The notes beneath the pieces were generated by a model. The model had not been told where the DNA came from. It searched no databases and worked only from the letters and a program-made list of their open reading frames with translations. A DNA stretch of 32,000 nt, from assembly GCF_051097895.1 (NCBI RefSeq), contig NZ_CP142525.1, positions 1,620,001 to 1,652,000 on the forward strand, given 5' to 3'. Position 1 is the first letter of the stretch. Every line of letters starts with the position of its first letter. The DNA is from Psychrobacter sp. HD31. GTDB lineage: Bacteria > Pseudomonadota > Gammaproteobacteria > Pseudomonadales > Moraxellaceae. Shown here one piece after another: positions 27,749 to 32,000 of the stretch. Position numbers and translations under genes: made by a program.

Positions 27749-28165
27749 TTACGCGCCTTTTAGCACTTGTTTAATGTGCTTAGTAATGATGTTACTGTCT
27801 TGGTTACTTACGCCTAAAAACGGACGTTCTGCTTGCACATATTCGGCATATTCTTCGCTCGAACCAACCACAACTTTGTTAGAAAATGGCGGGCTATACG
27901 TGATTGACTGCAATAAATTGCTTGTATACACCAATATGCCGCCACTTGATTTGCGACTTTTACGCTTTGCGTACTTTTCATCTAACGGCTTCCAAGGCAT
28001 GCCAGCTGGTGTTTGCTTGGTATCAGCTATGCGCTCTTTCGTGCTTTCTGTCAGCGTATTACCTGCAAAATCTAAAACAGGGGTTAAGTCATCTGACTTA
28101 TCACGCAAGCTTGCAAAAAGCTCTCGACATTCATCCATGCCTTTCCAAGTTATTGCTGTACTCAT
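27749..28165 (-). CDS. phage virion morphogenesis protein (Mu gpG / tail-completion family)
   Basis: The ...MPWKPLDEKYAKRK...GILVYTSNLLQSI...VVVGSSEEYAEYVQ...RPFLG pattern is typical of this family. GAGGT RBS. Confidence 0.75.
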   Translation of the reverse strand: MSTAITWKGMDECRELFASLRDKSDDLTPVLDFAGNTLTESTKERIADTKQTPAGMPWKPLDEKYAKRKSRKSSGGILVYTSNLLQSITYSPPFSNKVVVGSSEEYAEYVQAERPFLGVSNQDSNIITKHIKQVLKGA

Positions 28166-28298
28166 ATCAACTTACCTCTAAAACCGTTTTTAAATCGCTT
28201 TAAACCCTTTTTAAATTTGTTTAAAGATTATTTATCGTAGCAATACTGCATTTTTGCCTTTAATGCCCTTAAAACGCATTTAAGGGCGTTTAATAGAT

Positions 28299-28535
28299 TT
28301 AGGTTAATTGGTTTGCCTGTTTAGCCGAAACAACTAACTCATATAATGCTTTTTCAAAATCGTCTCCCACTATTTGAGATAATGTTGCACACACTGCAAC
28401 AAAGAGCCCTTCGGTGTAGCCTTGTTTCGCATCATCTGATGTTAAGGAATTAATGATTGGCAGGGTGTCTTCTTGAAAATTTCTAATCGCCATTTTAGAG
28501 GCAATTATTTGATTTTGGGTCATTTCCATTTGCAA
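28299..28535 (-). CDS. hypothetical protein (78 aa)
   Basis: ORF in the operon orientation between head-completion genes. No family recognised. Confidence 0.5.
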   Translation of the reverse strand: MQMEMTQNQIIASKMAIRNFQEDTLPIINSLTSDDAKQGYTEGLFVAVCATLSQIVGDDFEKALYELVVSAKQANQLT

Positions 28536-28549
28536 GTCCTCATAGTTTG

Positions 28550-29008
28550 TTAAGTTAAATTACCCATTTGCGTACGGGTAAAAAGTCTGTCTTCGCTAAT
28601 AATTTCAGCATGGTCGTTTTGCTGTGTGCCGCTTTCATCGGTATTAACCAATTCATCAGCATGTATGCCTAAACTGGTGTCACCTTTAGCAAAGCGTTCT
28701 AGGTGTTTAATAGCATCGTTATAAAGCTTGTCTGTTGCTTTATCTTCATTGCCTGTATTGCCCAGTTTTACCTTTAGGTAGTACACAGCTAAATCTATGG
28801 TTAATGTTTTAACCAGCCCTGGTACAGTTGCCAATGGCAAGTTAGCCCGTTGTCCAACATAGCTGTCAATAATGCCGGTGGCATCGGCAATGCTTGCCTC
28901 TGCCACTTGCATATTAATGCTATCCGCTCTTTGGTTTGGGTTAGTAAGCTCTATAATTGCTCGCTCACCCAACCGTAGGGTTAAGTCGGTAACGGTTGCA
29001 TAGCTCAT
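28550..29008 (-). CDS. DUF1320 / Mu gp36-like head-tail connector protein
   Basis: MSYATVTDLTLRLGERAIIELTN N-terminus and ...IDSYVGQRANLPL... pattern typical of DUF1320. Start at 29008 forms TAATG with the upstream stop. Confidence 0.75.
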   Translation of the reverse strand: MSYATVTDLTLRLGERAIIELTNPNQRADSINMQVAEASIADATGIIDSYVGQRANLPLATVPGLVKTLTIDLAVYYLKVKLGNTGNEDKATDKLYNDAIKHLERFAKGDTSLGIHADELVNTDESGTQQNDHAEIISEDRLFTRTQMGNLT

Positions 29009-29568
29009 TAGGCATTTGCCTCTGCAACTAAAACGTTCCACGCAGCATCACGGTATTTTGCACTAACTTCTAGCCCTTGCTCTTTAAGAGATTTGACAGT
29101 TGGTTTGACTGCAGATAGGTCTAGGTTTAATGCACGCATGGCTTCTACAATTGCTGTTAAATCGTTAGGTGCAGATGTTTTTTGTTCATTAGAGCCTTTA
29201 TCAGCTGGGCTTTGGTTTTCATCACCCGCATTTTGTTCATCACCTGCAGGTTTAGCAGGGTCTTGGTTACTGTCCAATTTGTTGCTTGGAGCAATTGGTG
29301 TGGTGGATTGACTATTTGCAGGGTTTGTATCGCCATCACCAGCTTGTAAGCTGTCGCCTGTGTTATCGCTCGTATCATCCTGCTTAATGTCATCATCCGC
29401 TCCCTGTGAAATCACTTTTACTTGCAAATAGCTGTCAGCTTCTAACCGCTCAAGCTCGCTTGGTGTGACTTCTACTTGTTTTGGGGTTTTAGAAAATTGT
29501 ATGCCGTTTCTAAAACGAGTAATACAACCTACGGCTGTAACAGCGACTAATGTTTTATAGATACTCAT
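29008..29568 (-). CDS. hypothetical head-module protein with an acidic low-complexity centre
   Basis: Directly downstream of the major capsid gene. Short structured N-terminal domain, D/N/Q/G-rich linker, helical C-terminal end. Confidence 0.55.
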   Translation of the reverse strand: MSIYKTLVAVTAVGCITRFRNGIQFSKTPKQVEVTPSELERLEADSYLQVKVISQGADDDIKQDDTSDNTGDSLQAGDGDTNPANSQSTTPIAPSNKLDSNQDPAKPAGDEQNAGDENQSPADKGSNEQKTSAPNDLTAIVEAMRALNLDLSAVKPTVKSLKEQGLEVSAKYRDAAWNVLVAEANA

Positions 29569-29604
29569 GGTTATGTCCTTTAATCTAATTGAATATTTGG
29601 TTGG

Positions 29605-29636
29605 TCAATACAACCAAGTAATCTTGGCTGTATTGA
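29605..29636 (-). other. strong stem-loop just after the major capsid gene
   Basis: 14-bp stem (13 of 14 paired), TCAATACAACCAAG / CTTGGCTGTATTGA, with a 4-nt loop. No U-run on the minus strand. Confidence 0.6.
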
Positions 29637-29660
29637 TTGTTAAGTGTGTTTTGGTTGCAG

Positions 29661-30578
29661 TTACTGCACAACACGTTGTGTTGACATCACATCAACTACG
29701 TCTTTATTGATGTTTGTCGCACCGTTAGCATCTTTATCAGCTTTTACAAGTTCTCTTGCTTGGGCACGCAATGTCGGCGGCACAACCAATAGCGTTGGGC
29801 TAATATTTAACTCACGCCCACCGTCTGCTGTTTGTGATTGCATTTTTGCAATGGCAGCATTTAGGTTTTCAGCAGTTAATGGTTTGTTTGACTTATAAGC
29901 CATTTGCCAAAATCCATAGCCAGAATTTTGGCGTACTCGAGTACCCCAACGGAATACATCTTTCATAAAGACAGATTCATCATCTAGTTTGGTCATCGCA
30001 GTCAAAACTAGTTTTGTACGCGATTGAAAAATAAATGGTTTTAATGGTTTTTTGGTATCTAATAAATACCAGAATGGTTCGGTGCTATTAGCATCATAGT
30101 CAAAGTTAGAAACAACAGTTACTGCACCAGTGCCATCATGATTTTCGTAAACAGGGTGATCGGTATCAAAAAAGTTTTGCCCGTCATAACATAAGCTAGT
30201 TTCACCTTCTTTCATTGTCTGGAAAACCAGTTTGTCAGGGTGTTGCTGACCTCTAGCTCCCAAGCTTTCTGCTAGTGGTGCTAAGAAGCCACAGTCGTCA
30301 TCTTCAATATCGACTGCATCAACACTAATAGAGCCTTCAAACTTTTTGTTTTTGATTGAATATGAGTGGGTTTTTATATCTTTAATTGTACGTTCACCAA
30401 TCCATTCAACCATATCTGGCATTTCACCCAACCAACCATACGTGTTTGAGCCTTTACTTGATGGGATTGTTGTTGCTAACTTTTGGTATTCTGATTCAAC
30501 AGAATCAATCCCCTTGTTAAAGCTTTTTTTAACTGCCGTATCTAGCAGTTTAAGTGTTTGCGTGTTTACTAAAGCCAT
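29661..30578 (-). CDS. major capsid protein, Mu gpT family
   Basis: ...YGWLGEMPDMVEWIGERTIKDI..HSYSIKNKKFEGSISVDAVDIEDDD... matches the Mu-like gpT pattern. Confidence 0.9.
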   Translation of the reverse strand: MALVNTQTLKLLDTAVKKSFNKGIDSVESEYQKLATTIPSSKGSNTYGWLGEMPDMVEWIGERTIKDIKTHSYSIKNKKFEGSISVDAVDIEDDDCGFLAPLAESLGARGQQHPDKLVFQTMKEGETSLCYDGQNFFDTDHPVYENHDGTGAVTVVSNFDYDANSTEPFWYLLDTKKPLKPFIFQSRTKLVLTAMTKLDDESVFMKDVFRWGTRVRQNSGYGFWQMAYKSNKPLTAENLNAAIAKMQSQTADGGRELNISPTLLVVPPTLRAQARELVKADKDANGATNINKDVVDVMSTQRVVQ

Positions 30579-30644
30579 TGTCTAGTTTCCTTATATAAAT
30601 TTATCGTATAAACGCTTTGGTGCTTATTAGCTAGTTATTACCAA

Positions 30645-31115
30645 CTAAACCACAATACCCATGCTTTCTAACTTTTGAATATCTTGTGCATTCAATTCAG
30701 CATCACCTTCTTTTTTTGGCGGCTTATCTTGCAAGTTACTGTCACCAATGATTGCCGCTTTATTATCAGCAAACTTGGTAAAGTCAGCTAAGCCTTGCTC
30801 GGTCGCACATTGAGCCGTGTAGTAGTCTTTATCGGCTGGCGCAATTTTTTTGTTGTCGATTGCTTGGTTGATAGCAACTTCTACTGCTTCGTTATGCTTA
30901 GCGTCTGCCATTTCTTGCAGTTTTGCGTTGGCAGCATTAAGCTCGGTAACCGTTTGGTCATGGGTTGCTTTGGGTACAAAGCTATTTAGGTCAGGTTGCT
31001 GTTGTTGCATTGCATTTGTTTCTGTCGCTGTTTTTAATACTTGGATAGCATTAAGAGCGGTTGCTTGGTCAGCATCTGGTGGTAGACCGAGTGCTTTTAG
31101 TAAGGCATCTAACAT
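30645..31115 (-). CDS. possible nested scaffold protein (Mu gpZ analogue) from an internal start
   Basis: Internal in-frame ATG 31115, preceded by AAGGA, immediately after the (QT)5 linker. Confidence 0.3.
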   Translation of the reverse strand: MLDALLKALGLPPDADQATALNAIQVLKTATETNAMQQQQPDLNSFVPKATHDQTVTELNAANAKLQEMADAKHNEAVEVAINQAIDNKKIAPADKDYYTAQCATEQGLADFTKFADNKAAIIGDSNLQDKPPKKEGDAELNAQDIQKLESMGIVV

Positions 31116-31643
31116 GGTGTTATCCTTTTGTTTAGTTTGGGTTTGGGTTTGGGTTTGGGTTTGGGGTTCTTGCTGGTTGCCTTGTTTTTTATTTAAGGCA
31201 GGTACATCTAAATTAGGTTTGTTGGTTAAGCCAACGCTAGAAAAGCTATGCACTTGTCCTGTTTTTTTGTTGATATTTAGCGCAGGGCTATAAAACTTAA
31301 AATCTTTTTCATTGATTGCTTTAGCACCGGATTTTGTCGGGTCCACGCGAGCATAAATAAAGCCATCTGTGATTTTCAATTCTTCAAACCAGCCAGACGC
31401 TCTAGTATCATTTGTTAGCTCACTTGCATGGTCTATATCAAGCAAAAAAGGGAGTTGTGTGTTATCAATAACAGCTTGTGCATCATCATTTTGCCAGCTT
31501 CTGCCGTCTTTGCCTTCTACCTTGCCGACAGGTATAAGCGGCCACCACAGGTCATCAACAACCGGTGGTAATTTTGTGCAAAGCGCTGTAACTAATTCAG
31601 TTTTTGTTTGAGCGTTTAAGTCTGTACGTAGTTGTTTTTTCAT
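30645..31643 (-). CDS. prohead protease/scaffold, Mu gpI family
   Basis: DGRSWQNDDA...LLDIDHAS...SGWFEEL...FYSPAL pattern of Mu-like gpI, with a coiled-coil C-terminal half. Start at MKKQL (31643) preferred over 31673 because of the conserved leader element. Confidence 0.85.
   Translation of the reverse strand: MKKQLRTDLNAQTKTELVTALCTKLPPVVDDLWWPLIPVGKVEGKDGRSWQNDDAQAVIDNTQLPFLLDIDHASELTNDTRASGWFEELKITDGFIYARVDPTKSGAKAINEKDFKFYSPALNINKKTGQVHSFSSVGLTNKPNLDVPALNKKQGNQQEPQTQTQTQTQTKQKDNTMLDALLKALGLPPDADQATALNAIQVLKTATETNAMQQQQPDLNSFVPKATHDQTVTELNAANAKLQEMADAKHNEAVEVAINQAIDNKKIAPADKDYYTAQCATEQGLADFTKFADNKAAIIGDSNLQDKPPKKEGDAELNAQDIQKLESMGIVV
31135..31164 (-). repeat. (GTTTGG)5 hexanucleotide microsatellite encoding (QT)5
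   Basis: Five perfect tandem units at the protease/scaffold domain boundary. Confidence 0.95.
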
Positions 31644-31702
31644 ATTGCTTAGGTTAGCAATACAACGTAACATGCTGTTATTAAAGTCGTTTACTGATTT
31701 TT
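31641..31702 (-). promoter_or_regulatory. conserved late-operon leader element, copy B (upstream of the protease gene)
   Basis: Contains the 22-mer 31674..31695, identical to 25528..25549. Colinear with 19554..19614 down to the ATG. Confidence 0.6.
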
Positions 31703-31704
31703 AT

Positions 31705-31733
31705 TTGATTGGAAGGGCAAGCAGGGGTATAAT
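31705..31733 (+). promoter_or_regulatory. sigma70 promoter TTGATT-N17-TATAAT on the plus strand (antisense to the phage operon)
   Basis: Perfect -10 hexamer and 17-bp spacer. Predicted +1 at 31740. Confidence 0.55.
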
Positions 31734-31739
31734 GATATT

Positions 31740-31819
31740 GCGGTGGCGGTTACCAACTGGAAAGGGAGTTGCTTTTTAAAAGGCATCGTGATCCTGTTCG
31801 AATCAGGCGAACCACCGCA
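31740..31819 (+). ncRNA. tRNA-like small RNA candidate (non-canonical cloverleaf)
   Basis: 7-bp closing stem GCGGTGG/CCACCGC. Three internal hairpins, one being a T-arm look-alike CCTG-TTCGAAT-CAGG (GTTCGAATC at 31796..31804). Begins at the predicted +1 of the upstream promoter. Confidence 0.45.
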
Positions 31820-32000
31820 TCAGTTTATTGAACCATAAAGCACTTCATATTTACCTAGACTTGTTAGGTTTGTTATTATTCCTCCTGTGGTTACTATATT
31901 TAGCTTAACCCGCTCTTTTTTGCCATTTACTTTTATTTTTGTCTCATAATCTAATCTAACTAGTACCTTGCCACTTGGTGTGTTGTACACAAAAATCAAA
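31820..32000 (-). CDS. 3' end of an unidentified phage ORF running off the window
   Basis: Hand translation of the minus strand gives an open frame ...LIFVYNTPSGKVLVRLDYETKIKVNGKKERVKLNIVTTGGIITNLTSLGKYEVLYGSIN, ending at TGA 31822..31820. It is too short in-window for the ORF track. Confidence 0.4.
   Translation of the reverse strand, partial: LIFVYNTPSGKVLVRLDYETKIKVNGKKERVKLNIVTTGGIITNLTSLGKYEVLYGSIN

Larger units (their letters stand above)
9536..32000 (-). mobile_element. prophage, late/structural region (Mu-type head module plus lambda-type siphoviral tail); continues beyond the window end
   Basis: Uninterrupted minus-strand block of recognisable phage structural genes with ATGA/TAATG overlaps. 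The true end lies somewhere in the non-coding gap 9180..9535. Confidence 0.9.

Noticed and set aside
31135-31164. Hexanucleotide repeat acting as an on/off phase-variation switch.
   Set aside because: The unit length is a multiple of 3. Slippage would alter linker length only and cannot shift the frame.
25528-31695. The 22-bp perfect direct repeats as att sites or ends of a nested mobile element.
   Set aside because: Both copies lie inside the structural operon at gene boundaries, with essential head and tail genes between them. A third, diverged copy exists upstream of gpM. A regulatory or module-boundary role fits better.
31740-31819. Canonical tRNA gene.
   Set aside because: Manual folding fails the standard cloverleaf geometry. 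There are 7 nt instead of 2 between the acceptor stem and the first arm, and the middle arm has a 4- or 6-nt loop rather than a 7-nt anticodon loop. Four nt separate the T arm from the acceptor stem. It is kept only as a tRNA-like ncRNA candidate.
1-32000. CRISPR arrays, rRNA genes, IS elements or integrase/transposase genes.
   Set aside because: No short repeat-spacer periodicity, no rRNA-like sequence and no ORF with recombinase or transposase motifs was seen on either strand of this window.

Overview
AT-rich (roughly 40% GC by eye) gammaproteobacterial chromosome. The gene content looks Moraxellaceae-like, but I cannot prove that from this window. Positions 1-9180 are ordinary housekeeping genes: thrB, hisF, ribH, nusB, pgpA, glmU, ribE, an aldehyde dehydrogenase, a DUF2939 protein and an rsuA-like pseudouridine synthase. 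From about 9.5 kb to the window end lies the late (structural) half of a prophage, with every gene on the minus strand. It joins Mu-type head genes (gpI-like protease/scaffold, gpT-like major capsid, DUF1320/gp36, gpG-like morphogenesis protein) to a lambda-type siphovirus tail: tube, G/GT chaperones with an A_AAA_AAC -1 frameshift site, tape measure, M, L, K, I and an 1852-aa J. The most interesting parts are accessory. (1) 2.8 kb of non-tail DNA sits between the tape measure and gpM. It holds a two-gene moron of unknown function with its own promoter, operator and terminator, followed by a P22 immI-like antirepressor cassette with a structured 5' leader. (2) A tRNA-like small RNA gene on the opposite strand, with a near-consensus promoter, sits just upstream of the protease gene. 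(3) A conserved 22-28 bp motif occurs three times at module boundaries of the late operon. (4) Inside J there is a near-perfect 735-bp tandem duplication of a putative receptor-binding module. No CRISPR array, rRNA or canonical tRNA was seen. All homology statements come from motif recognition by eye, not from database searches.
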